NCBI GenBank assembly: GCA_964019335.1
Contig: OZ025733.1
Location: forward strand, 186,001-250,000
Source: Diplonema japonicum
Taxonomy: Eukaryota > Protista > Euglenozoa: Diplonemea
Direction of reading: 5' to 3'
DNA: 64,000 bases
Under the pieces are notes generated by a model. That model was not told the origin of the DNA and ran no database searches. It was given only the letters and a program-made list of their open reading frames with translations. Below, in pieces: positions 1 to 10,700 of this stretch (position 1 is the first letter of the stretch; every line of letters starts with the position of its first letter). Position numbers and translations under genes: made by a program.

Positions 1-2
1 CG

Positions 3-3000
3 CACCCGCACTGGAGGTGTTTCGAGAAGGTGGACAGGGACACATGGTGGGGCGATGTGAAGTTCGGGGGTTTCGGACTGACGGTGAAGTCGGTGGAGAT
101 CCCGAAAGACCTTAAGACCGCGGACGTGACCAAGAAGATCAGCGGGGCGATAGACGGGCTGAAGGATCTGGTGAAGACGTCGCTGAAGGACTTGATCACT
201 GGTTGGAAGGAGCAGAAGAAGGCTGCCATCACCGACGCGGCGGGGAACAAGTGGTCTGGGATCGGGTTCAACTTCGGGATGGCAGCGACACTGGCGGACT
301 CGATCGTCAAGGGGGACAGCTTGGTCTACGACCCGTCTTCGTGCCCTGTAAACACGAAGAGCCCGCCTGGGCCTCCCCCTACCGCCGTGCCCACCGTTGC
401 TCCTGCCACGAAGGCCCCCCCCACCAACGCCCCGGACACCGACGCTCCCCCTACGAATGCCCCGGACACCAACGCCCCGGACACCGACGCCCCAGACACG
501 CAGGCGCCCGACACGACGGCCTCCTCCTCATCAGGCAGCACCAGGGAGCTTCTAGACGCAACAACGGACTTCAACAACTTCCTGAAGCTGTTGAAACCAG
601 TCGTGCAAGAGGGTGAGATATCGATGCCTTTCTGCCTCGGAGAGTGCAGCAACCCGACCCCGACGACGTCGATCTCAGGGGTGGGGAGGATCGGGCAGCC
701 CCCTACCTGCAACGGGGTGGAGGCAGGGGTGTGGGTGGACCAGATCACGATGGCGAACATTGCCTACCTGGTGACAAGCAACTTCGACAGGGACGTCGCG
801 AAGGCGCTGGACGCGATCCTGTCGCCCGTGCTCTCCTTCGGGATCCAGGACACGAAGCTCGCCCTCGCGGCGACAACAACGGGGGTGAAGCTGTACGCGG
901 TCGGGTCCCCGAAGCTCCCCGACGTGCTGGAGGGAGACTTCCTGGAGGTGATCGCTGATGTCGCGGGGAGCTTCCGGGTGTCGGCGAGTGCGGAGCTGCA
1001 GTTCGTCGGGTCGGCTGTGCTGGAGCTGCGCGTGGGGACGGACCCGGACACGTCGGAGAGCAACTTCGCGATCGTGAACACGGCGGGGACGCTCGGGATG
1101 AGCATCTACATCCAGTTCGAGCACGTGTTCGGGGGGATCCCGACACAGACCCTCGGGGTGAACATCCCTCTGAAGATCTGCGTGGAGCGCTGCTCGGAGG
1201 TCTACGCAAACCGCTACTTCCTGTTCCTCATCGGGGACCTGTCGCTGGTGGTGAGCCCGACGGCGCAGCTGGTGCGCGGGACCCTCACCATGGACGGGTG
1301 GTGGTACCGCGCCCTGGGGCTCCCCTTCCTGCACATCGGAGACATCACGCTCGGGGCGGAGTGGGACCTGAAGTCCCCGCTCCCGACCGGGTTCACCTTG
1401 GGGGGTGCGGTCTGCCTTGGAAAGGAGGATAACTGCAAGACGGACACCCAGCCCTTCATCGAGGGCCGCACCTACGTCGGGGTGAGCGCGACCCTCCCGG
1501 AGGACAACTTCTTCATCGCGATGGTGTCGGAGCTCACCATCGGCGGGGTCATCGACCTCGTGTCGGAGTACGTGCCTGCCCTGGACACGGTGTCCATCCC
1601 GGGGAAGCTCGGGGAGTCTGGGATCTACCCCTTCGACAAGGACTACAAGACGAAGTGCGCGGGGAAGCTGGACGGCTACGCCAACGCGACCACGCTTGAT
1701 CTGGAGTGCTTCGCCTTCTTCTCCTTCAGTCCTATCAAGGAGCAGAGGCTCTCCTTCAGGAGCGGAGACGTGGTGATCCCTGCGGGGGTCGCCCTGCAGG
1801 GGCGTCTGAACTTCCTCGGCTGGGAGATCGCGATCGAGCTCGCGGTGAGCAAGACGCGCTTCTACATCAACGCCTGGATGGACCCGGTGGACCTCGACAT
1901 CGGAGGGTTCAAGATGCGGATCGGGAACCGTCTGGAGAACAAGGTGGCGGTGGGCGGGGCGAGGTTCTTGGTGGACCTGCAGGTGGCGCCGTCCCCGAGC
2001 GCCTTGATCGACATCGGGGGTGCCTTCGACATCCCGATGCTGGACTCCTACGGCTACCTGAACGTGACCTTGAACGCAGACATCTTCTCCTTCTCGGCGG
2101 GGATCGACCTGTTCGGCGGGGCGCTGTCCTCGCACGTGAACGTGACCTGGAACTGGGACCTCACCTTCTTCAAGATGGAGCTGCGGGACATGAACTTTTT
2201 GGAGATCGTGAAGATCAAGCAGGTGCTCTTCATGTACGACCTGAGGGCCCCGATCCCGTACGCCATCTTCCAGTGCAAGATCCAGGTCCTGTTCGTGAAC
2301 CTCGAGGCTAAGGTGGAGGTGAACGGGAACGAGATCGACTTCGCGGTGACGCTGGACTTGGCGTTGGTGGAGACGACGGTGAGCGGGCACGCCAAGATTT
2401 CCCCGAAAGGCTTCGAGGACTCCGAGTTCGACATCTCTGTGTCGGTGTCCCTGGGGGACGTGGGGCAGGCGATCTTGGACGGGATCAATGACGCGTGCAA
2501 AGCTGTGGCGAAGGTGGCGACCGAGGCCTGGAACTTCGTGGAGGGGAAGGTGCAGGCTTTGTGGAACGGGATCACGGACGTCTTCGACAACGCTTTGAGC
2601 GCGATCAAGAACGCGGTCGGGGCCTTCCTGAACAGCATCGAGGACGTGATCAAGGACGTGGTGGGAGCGCTGAAGAAGGTACCTGTGCTCGGGAAGATCG
2701 TGGAGGCCGGGGAGAAGCTCCTGGACGGGGACTTCGAGGGGGCGGCGCAGTCCTTCGGGAGCGCGATCGGGATCTTCAGCACGGAGGGGCACAAGATCGT
2801 GGACGCGGGGGGCAAGAACGAGTACGGGTGCAAGTACGTGAAGGAGCAGTGGAGGGAGTGCTGGTGCCACGGGCTGTGCGCCTTCGGGAAGACCTGCAAG
2901 ACGAAGTCCGGATCGAAGTACGCGGAGCCTAAATGCATGGAGGACGTGGCGCTTGCAGCGGCGGAGGTGAAGACGAAGTCCGACAAGATGGCGAAGAAGA

Positions 3001-6000
3001 GGGGGGTGATCGACGACTCGAAGGAGATCAACCCTGGGCTGCAGAGCATCGGGGCGGGGGCGGCGGTCCCGATGCCGTCGCTGCAGAAGTCAACGGTGGC
3101 TGTGCCGTTCGGGTCGAACCCGGCAGCTGCGGCCGGAGGCTTCAGCGGCGGTGTGAAGCAGTTCGGAGGGAAGGGGTCCGGCGGGGGTTTGTCGAGCTCG
3201 GAGCAGGGGGTGTCCCTCAGCAACATGCCGTTCGACTTCACAACGCAGGCGAGCTACGACGCGAGCGTGGAGAACACGCAGAACAGGATGGTGACGGCGA
3301 TGAAGGACAAGGCGCTCGAGAAGCAAGGGGGGATGGGGAACGACATCAGCAGCGAGGCAGGGTTGGTGACGCGGAAACCGCCGGTCCTCGGGGCTGCGAC
3401 CTCGTACACCTTCCGCTGCGACCAGCCGATCAACCTGGACAGCCTGAAGCCGCAGCCCGTGTTCATCGACCCCGCGTGCACCTCGGGGGCGGTGGTCGTA
3501 ATGCTGAGGAAGACGACGCTCCCCACGTCGCAGTTCCCGAACAGGATCTGCGGGACCTACTTCCTGGAGGTGGTGTGGCAGCTGCAGGACAACCCCGCGT
3601 GCGGGGGCACCTCGGCCGAGGTGAAGCAGATCATCACGGTGGAACCGGCCCCGCCCGCCTTCTCCTTTTTCCCGGCTGACGCACACATCAACACGCAGCA
3701 GACCCTGGACCCGACGGTGCTGGGGATTGCGGAAGGGGAGTCCCCCTGCAAGCAGGAATTCGACATTTTCTCCGTGGACAGCGAGCCGAAGGCCGTGGAG
3801 GGGGAGTGCGGGAAGTGGACGATCGAGAGGAAGTGGACGATCGTCCCCTACTTCTCCGACGCGGTGTGCACAGGGACCTTCGCGGACAGCAGCAGCAGGG
3901 TGCAGACCATCTACATCGCGGACGAGACGGCCCCTGTCTTCACCTACACCCCTGAGGGAGAGGTGGAGGTTCCCTTCTTCGAGAACTTCAGGTCCGCGAA
4001 CCCGATCCCCCTGACGGAGGAGCAGACGCACGCCGACTTCGCGGGGATGAACCTCGTGTCTGAACCCACGACCACGACCTCGGTGGACGGACCGCTGGCG
4101 AGGCAGTCGGTGAAGCTGGAGGACGAGCCGACCTGCAGGGACCGCGGGCTCGCGCAGCAGACGAGGACCTGGACCACGACCGACAAGTGCGGGAACAGCA
4201 GGACCTTCCAGCAGACAGTGAAGCTGCAGCACCCGCCGACGGCGCTGACGACGACGCAGGGGTGGACCCCCTCGCAGCAGCTCTTCGCGTACTGGGTCGG
4301 GGTGAGCCAGCTTCCCGACGTGTGCCACGCCGGGAAGGAAACGGTTGGAGGACCGAAGGGGTTCAAGCCGCTGGACGACTCCGCAACGGCGACGCACGCA
4401 TGCGCAGTTGACGACGACGCCGCCGCCGCGTGGACGGAGGACGGGTGCAGGAGGCTGGGACCTGAGACCCCTGCCTACACGGAGCAGGTGTACTCGGAGC
4501 CGCCGCGCTTCGTAAGCTTCCCCTCTGACATCACGATCAACACGACGCACTCGCTCCACCCGGACAGCGGGCTGGGGAGGCCGACCGGGGCCGCCTACTG
4601 CGGGACCCCCCTCAGCATCCCCTTCCGCGACGCGGAGCCCGTCCTCGTCTCCTGCGGGGTGTGGGAGATCAAGCGAACCTGGAAGGTGCAGCCGCACTAC
4701 AAGGACTGCGGGGAGGACTTCGACGCCTACCCGGACTCCCTGACGACGACGCGCGTGCAGACGATCACGGTGGAGGACCTGTTCGCTCCCGAGTTCATCG
4801 AGACCCCCGAGGCGGACCAGTTCGTGCACTTCCTGTCCGACTACGGCCCGTCGGTGACGGGGGTGCCCCTCGTGGAGGACATCGCGACCCACGCGGACAT
4901 GGCGGCCCTGAACCTCGTGTCCTACCCGATCAAGCTGGAGTACGCGGACGTCGCCTTCGACTACCACAGCGACACGCAGAGCTGCAGCGAGGGGCTCGCC
5001 GCCGTGACGAGGAGGTGGACCACCCGTGACCGCTGTGAGACGACGGCGACCTGGGAGCAAGTGGTGCGCGTGCAGCACCCCCGCTCGGAGGGCGGGATGG
5101 GGGAGATCGGGAACGCGACCCAGTTCCAGGCCTTCTCCGTCGGGGACGTCCACCTGGAGAACACGACCGTCGGAGACGTCGGCTCCGTGGAGGACGTGAC
5201 CTTGAGGAGGAGCGTCGCCGACAGGGTCGTCGCCGGGATCGCGGAGCCGCTGACGGACCACTGCGGGATGCCCGTCCAAGAGCTCGGGGACAGCGCAGCC
5301 GACAACATCACCGACTTCTCGGAGGCGCTCCTGAACCTGCCGCCCCTCCGCACCGGGGCCATGAAGATCACCTGCCCCGATCAGAACCAGTCCCTCTGCG
5401 TGGTCGACATGCTGACCCCCAACACGACGACGAAGGTCACCATCGACGACAAGGACAACATGCTGCTGGAGGGGGACGGCGACCTGTACAACATCTTCTC
5501 GGTCTCGGGGAACGAGTGGCTCATCCCGACCCCGCACCCGGTGCACCACAGCTGGTGGGGCTGGGACCACTGGCACACGCACAAGTACCACAAGGACGTG
5601 TGGAGGACGGACCCGAAGCCCACGATGACGGTGCGGGCCTCCGGCTGGGTCATCATGAACATCGAGTACGGACACCTGGACCACAGGCTGGACACCCTGA
5701 GGGACACCGTGTTCGAGGGGAGGTCCCTCGGGGCACCCTTCACCATCTACAACATGAAGCAGATCTGCGAGAGCCACGACGACTGGCACAGGGAGAGGGA
5801 GTGCAGGTACATCCACCACTGGTGGGGCTGGCACCACTGGCACCACCCCGTGCACCACCACCCCGGCCACCACCATTATGGACACCACGGACACCACACC
5901 TGGAACTGGCACTCCCACTGGAAGGGCTTCCACGACACCACTATGCTCCTGAAGAACGTGACCTTGCACGGTACCCTCGTCACCCAGGATGAGAGGGTTA

Positions 6001-6122
6001 GGCTCGAGATCGAGAAGTCCGAGGTCTACGGGCAGGTTATATCTGCTGGGCGCAAGCTGTACTTGGAGGACACGCAGTTCCACTGCAACCTCTTCCCTGT
6101 CAATGCCCCGTGCCCACAGTAA
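3..6122 (+). CDS. Giant secreted mosaic protein, upstream tandem copy (5' end outside the window)
   Basis: Open from the window edge to TAA at 6120-6122; the translation matches the C-terminal ~2030 aa of the copy at 7765-15234 (offset 9112); very high GC3. Confidence 0.9.
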   Translation, partial: HPHWRCFEKVDRDTWWGDVKFGGFGLTVKSVEIPKDLKTADVTKKISGAIDGLKDLVKTSLKDLITGWKEQKKAAITDAAGNKWSGIGFNFGMAATLADSIVKGDSLVYDPSSCPVNTKSPPGPPPTAVPTVAPATKAPPTNAPDTDAPPTNAPDTNAPDTDAPDTQAPDTTASSSSGSTRELLDATTDFNNFLKLLKPVVQEGEISMPFCLGECSNPTPTTSISGVGRIGQPPTCNGVEAGVWVDQITMANIAYLVTSNFDRDVAKALDAILSPVLSFGIQDTKLALAATTTGVKLYAVGSPKLPDVLEGDFLEVIADVAGSFRVSASAELQFVGSAVLELRVGTDPDTSESNFAIVNTAGTLGMSIYIQFEHVFGGIPTQTLGVNIPLKICVERCSEVYANRYFLFLIGDLSLVVSPTAQLVRGTLTMDGWWYRALGLPFLHIGDITLGAEWDLKSPLPTGFTLGGAVCLGKEDNCKTDTQPFIEGRTYVGVSATLPEDNFFIAMVSELTIGGVIDLVSEYVPALDTVSIPGKLGESGIYPFDKDYKTKCAGKLDGYANATTLDLECFAFFSFSPIKEQRLSFRSGDVVIPAGVALQGRLNFLGWEIAIELAVSKTRFYINAWMDPVDLDIGGFKMRIGNRLENKVAVGGARFLVDLQVAPSPSALIDIGGAFDIPMLDSYGYLNVTLNADIFSFSAGIDLFGGALSSHVNVTWNWDLTFFKMELRDMNFLEIVKIKQVLFMYDLRAPIPYAIFQCKIQVLFVNLEAKVEVNGNEIDFAVTLDLALVETTVSGHAKISPKGFEDSEFDISVSVSLGDVGQAILDGINDACKAVAKVATEAWNFVEGKVQALWNGITDVFDNALSAIKNAVGAFLNSIEDVIKDVVGALKKVPVLGKIVEAGEKLLDGDFEGAAQSFGSAIGIFSTEGHKIVDAGGKNEYGCKYVKEQWRECWCHGLCAFGKTCKTKSGSKYAEPKCMEDVALAAAEVKTKSDKMAKKRGVIDDSKEINPGLQSIGAGAAVPMPSLQKSTVAVPFGSNPAAAAGGFSGGVKQFGGKGSGGGLSSSEQGVSLSNMPFDFTTQASYDASVENTQNRMVTAMKDKALEKQGGMGNDISSEAGLVTRKPPVLGAATSYTFRCDQPINLDSLKPQPVFIDPACTSGAVVVMLRKTTLPTSQFPNRICGTYFLEVVWQLQDNPACGGTSAEVKQIITVEPAPPAFSFFPADAHINTQQTLDPTVLGIAEGESPCKQEFDIFSVDSEPKAVEGECGKWTIERKWTIVPYFSDAVCTGTFADSSSRVQTIYIADETAPVFTYTPEGEVEVPFFENFRSANPIPLTEEQTHADFAGMNLVSEPTTTTSVDGPLARQSVKLEDEPTCRDRGLAQQTRTWTTTDKCGNSRTFQQTVKLQHPPTALTTTQGWTPSQQLFAYWVGVSQLPDVCHAGKETVGGPKGFKPLDDSATATHACAVDDDAAAAWTEDGCRRLGPETPAYTEQVYSEPPRFVSFPSDITINTTHSLHPDSGLGRPTGAAYCGTPLSIPFRDAEPVLVSCGVWEIKRTWKVQPHYKDCGEDFDAYPDSLTTTRVQTITVEDLFAPEFIETPEADQFVHFLSDYGPSVTGVPLVEDIATHADMAALNLVSYPIKLEYADVAFDYHSDTQSCSEGLAAVTRRWTTRDRCETTATWEQVVRVQHPRSEGGMGEIGNATQFQAFSVGDVHLENTTVGDVGSVEDVTLRRSVADRVVAGIAEPLTDHCGMPVQELGDSAADNITDFSEALLNLPPLRTGAMKITCPDQNQSLCVVDMLTPNTTTKVTIDDKDNMLLEGDGDLYNIFSVSGNEWLIPTPHPVHHSWWGWDHWHTHKYHKDVWRTDPKPTMTVRASGWVIMNIEYGHLDHRLDTLRDTVFEGRSLGAPFTIYNMKQICESHDDWHRERECRYIHHWWGWHHWHHPVHHHPGHHHYGHHGHHTWNWHSHWKGFHDTTMLLKNVTLHGTLVTQDERVRLEIEKSEVYGQVISAGRKLYLEDTQFHCNLFPVNAPCPQ

Positions 6123-7433
6123 GAGAAAAAAAAGAAGAAGAAGAAGAAGAAGAAGAAGAGAGGAATCTGAATTCTCCCCAATTTCTTCTTCTTTTTTTTT
6201 TTTTTTTAATTTTTTTATTATAGTTTTTTCTTAATTCTTCTAAAAACACGTTTCAAAAAGAAAAAAAAGAAAAATTACCTTCCAAATTACTTATGAAAAC
6301 TGTCATCATAGGGAAAAGAAAAGAAGGAGATCCCCTTTTGTTTTGCTCAAAATCAGGGTTTTCAAAGAGCTTTCTTCTTCTTTTTTTTTTTCTTTCTCTT
6401 CCTTCTTTATTTGTTCTGTTTTTTTTTTTTTTTTTTTTTTTTTTTTGTTTGCAATTAAACGACGGTTTGATTTTTATTCCTCTCCCTCCCTCCCCTCCTT
6501 TTTTTTTTTAAAGTGGGATTGGCCCTTAAATGGCCTTGTTCTCCCTCCCCCACGTCCCCAGCTCTTCCCCCCCCCCCCCCCCCCCGTTCTTTCATCCTTT
6601 CACTCTCTGTCCCTTCAAAGTTTTGAAAAAACTTTTGAAAGGGATTCACTTTTTCCCTCTTTCCTCTCTAAAAGAAATTTGTAGACGCGGGATAAATGAT
6701 GATTGCCTCTCATTCGTTTTCTTTCTTTGTTTCTCCCCCCTCTTTTTTTTTTAATTCCTAGTAGAGTTTCTTCAGAGAAAAAAAAAAAAAAGAGAGAAGA
6801 AAACCACAAAACACACACCGGCTTACGGACAGTCTCGTATTGTTGTGGGTCAGTTCAACAGAAATTATTCTAGATAACACTTCGAGAAGGAGTATAACCA
6901 CAGGGCAGTCAGATGCAACCATCCTGCCTTGGGCTTCTTTATCATGCTTTGTAGTCTGTGAAAGAGGGCCAAGAAAGAAAGAAAAAAAAACCCCCCCCTT
7001 TTTTTTTGGCTCTCGTTTTCTGTTGTTGTCTGGCTCCGGACTGTTCTTTTGGGTGTATTGTACCTTTTTTTCTTTCTTCTCTCTTCTCTTTTTTTTCTGA
7101 TTCTCTACGAAAAAAAGGAAACAAAAAAAAAAAAAAGAAAAAAAAAACAAAAAAAAAGAAGAAGTTTTGAGTATTCATTTGTTCAAGGTCCCTCCCAACC
7201 GAAGGAAGTAAGTACTAAAAAAAAAAAAAAAAAAATGTCTTTCTTACTTCTTTTTCTCGAAATGCTCGTTCGTTTTGTTTCTTCCCCGGCCAGACTTTTA
7301 TTGTGTTGTGTGTGTATTTTTCTCATCTTGAGGAAAACCACATTTCTTTTTTTTTGTCTGACTCCTTTTCTTTTTTAAACCTCTTCTTTTTTTCTCTCTT
7401 TTTTTTTTAATTCTTTTTTTTTTTTCTTCCCAC

Positions 7434-7467
7434 AGGGGCGCCACCAACACTGGCCTCCTTTATCTCT
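7434..7467 (+). promoter_or_regulatory. Intergenic hairpin element (type A)
   Basis: AGGGGCGCCA-CCAACAC-TGGCCTCCTTTATCTC followed by poly-T; related to 57438. Confidence 0.5.
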
Positions 7468-7470
7468 TAT

Positions 7471-7502
<32 letters not shown>

Positions 7503-7700
7503 CCCGTGAGCACTCCGCTGCACACTGAAACTTTATCGAATTAATTCTTTTTTTTCGAAATCATAGTAGAACCGATACTCGCCGTCGTTGACCATTTTTT
7601 GGAACCTCAGAGTAAACTTTTTTTTTCCTTCTTCTTTTTCCTTCCATATTTCACTTGACCACCACAACACAACACAACAGGTTGCAACACACACACTAAG

Positions 7701-7733
<33 letters not shown>

Positions 7734-7764
7734 CCCATCACCACCCAAAAAAAAACCACACGAA

Positions 7765-10700
7765 ATGGTCAGAAGCCGCATGCCGCTTCTGCTGTGGGGT
7801 GCTTCTCTGCTTGTCGTTCTTGCAGGAGCACAGGACTCAGCACCGACAACAACAACGACCTCGGAACCTCTGACAGTGTTCTCGCTGGCCTCGTCGCTGG
7901 CGGACACGGTGGACGCCTACAGGGGGCAGGTTGCGGACGCCCTCACGAACACGGGGAAGGAGCTGGTGGAGGCGCTCGGGGTGAAGGACGAGATAGAGGC
8001 GATGGTGGAGAACCTGGAGCAGCTGAACAACTTGAAGGACACGGCGATGTCCGGTGCAGATGACATGATCGCCTTCTTCGAAGGTGACGACATGGCTTCC
8101 TACACGGACGAGCTCTCGAACCTTGGGAGCACGCTGATGCCATACGTCCGCGCCTTCACCGGGCAGTGCAACACGTCGGTCGCCTCTGCCAGCAGGAAGG
8201 CTCTGATCCTGGAAGCGCGGGAGAACCACCTGCAGAGGAGTGCGGCGGGGGCGCGCAGTGGTGTGGTCCTCAGCAGGAACTGCGACCAGACGGCGTTTCA
8301 ATGCCCGCTCTTCACGGTGACGGTCGGCTTCAGCGTCTCGTACACGCGCTTGAGGAAGGGGAGCTTCTCCTTCACCCCTTCGGTAGGGATCGCTGCAAGC
8401 GCTGGGGTGGACACTGCGCCGAGCGCCGACTGGTACAAGCACCTCTTTGGAGGAGTTGGTCTTGGGTGGGGGGTCGGAGTGAGTTGGGAATGGACCCCTG
8501 CACCTGTGGTCCCAACACCCATCCCAACACCCGTCCCCACACCGGTTCCTACCCCTGTTCCTACACCGGTTCCCACCCCTGTCCCTACTCCAGTCCCCAC
8601 CCCTGTTCCAACACCTGTTCCAACACCTGTTCCTACTCCTGTTCCTACTCCTGTCCCTACACCTGTCCCTACCCCTGTTCCCACACCTGTCCCTACACCG
8701 GTCCCCACCCCTGCCCCCACAAAGGGTGACCCGTGTACCTCGGACAACGACTGCGGGCTGGACGAGAGGTGTCTGAACGGGAACTGCGCGCCTGAATGTG
8801 CTTCCGACAACGACTGCGGGCTGGACGAGGTGTGCTCGCATGGGCAGTGTGCACCCGAGACGACGACGAACAAGAACAGGAGGTCTCTCCAACAACACCA
8901 ACAACAAGTAGAGAGTAGGGAGGGTGAGGTGCTCGCGACGCCGCCAACAGAGAAGAAGGGGTGGTTCGCCAACACGGAGTTCGAGGTGGCGCTCTCAGTG
9001 GACTGGTTCGCGAACGCCGGGGCCTACAGCGGCTTCGCCTTCACTGTCGGGATGGACATGCCGAACATCGTACAGGCGACGACCGGGATCGAGGGGGTGA
9101 CGATCGTGTTGACGCACCCGCACTGGAGGTGTTTCGAGAAGGTGGACAGGGACACATGGTGGGGCGATGTGAAGTTCGGGGGTTTCGGACTGACGGTGAA
9201 GTCGGTGGAGATCCCGAAAGACCTTAAGACCGCGGACGTGACCAAGAAGATCAGCGGGGCGATAGACGGGCTGAAGGATCTGGTGAAGACGTCGCTGAAG
9301 GACTTGATCACTGGTTGGAAGGAGCAGAAGAAGGCTGCCATCACCGACGCGGCGGGGAACAAGTGGTCTGGGATCGGGTTCAACTTCGGGATGGCAGCGA
9401 CACTGGCGGACTCGATCGTCAAGGGGGACAGCTTGGTCTACGACCCGTCTTCGTGCCCTGTAAACACGAAGAGCCCGCCTGGGCCTCCCCCTACCGCCGT
9501 GCCCACCGTTGCTCCTGCCACGAAGGCCCCCCCCACCAACGCCCCGGACACCGACGCTCCCCCTACGAATGCCCCGGACACCAACGCCCCGGACACCGAC
9601 GCCCCAGACACGCAGGCGCCCGACACGACGGCCTCCTCCTCATCAGGCAGCACCAGGGAGCTTCTAGACGCAACAACGGACTTCAACAACTTCCTGAAGC
9701 TGTTGAAACCAGTCGTGCAAGAGGGTGAGATATCGATGCCTTTCTGCCTCGGAGAGTGCAGCAACCCGACCCCGACGACGTCGATCTCAGGGGTGGGGAG
9801 GATCGGGCAGCCCCCTACCTGCAACGGGGTGGAGGCAGGGGTGTGGGTGGACCAGATCACGATGGCGAACATTGCCTACCTGGTGACAAGCAACTTCGAC
9901 AGGGACGTCGCGAAGGCGCTGGACGCGATCCTGTCGCCCGTGCTCTCCTTCGGGATCCAGGACACGAAGCTCGCCCTCGCGGCGACAACAACGGGGGTGA
10001 AGCTGTACGCGGTCGGGTCCCCGAAGCTCCCCGACGTGCTGGAGGGAGACTTCCTGGAGGTGATCGCTGATGTCGCGGGGAGCTTCCGGGTGTCGGCGAG
10101 TGCGGAGCTGCAGTTCGTCGGGTCGGCTGTGCTGGAGCTGCGCGTGGGGACGGACCCGGACACGTCGGAGAGCAACTTCGCGATCGTGAACACGGCGGGG
10201 ACGCTCGGGATGAGCATCTACATCCAGTTCGAGCACGTGTTCGGGGGGATCCCGACACAGACCCTCGGGGTGAACATCCCTCTGAAGATCTGCGTGGAGC
10301 GCTGCTCGGAGGTCTACGCAAACCGCTACTTCCTGTTCCTCATCGGGGACCTGTCGCTGGTGGTGAGCCCGACGGCGCAGCTGGTGCGCGGGACCCTCAC
10401 CATGGACGGGTGGTGGTACCGCGCCCTGGGGCTCCCCTTCCTGCACATCGGAGACATCACGCTCGGGGCGGAGTGGGACCTGAAGTCCCCGCTCCCGACC
10501 GGGTTCACCTTGGGGGGTGCGGTCTGCCTTGGAAAGGAGGATAACTGCAAGACGGACACCCAGCCCTTCATCGAGGGCCGCACCTACGTCGGGGTGAGCG
10601 CGACCCTCCCGGAGGACAACTTCTTCATCGCGATGGTGTCGGAGCTCACCATCGGCGGGGTCATCGACCTCGTGTCGGAGTACGTGCCTGCCCTGGACAC

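Noticed and set aside
7588-7764. N-terminal ORF extensions through poly-A/poly-T (also 16700, 31974, 46433, 49441, 51443, 52577)
   Set aside because: They translate homopolymer UTR sequence; downstream ATGs give proper signal peptides or domain starts.
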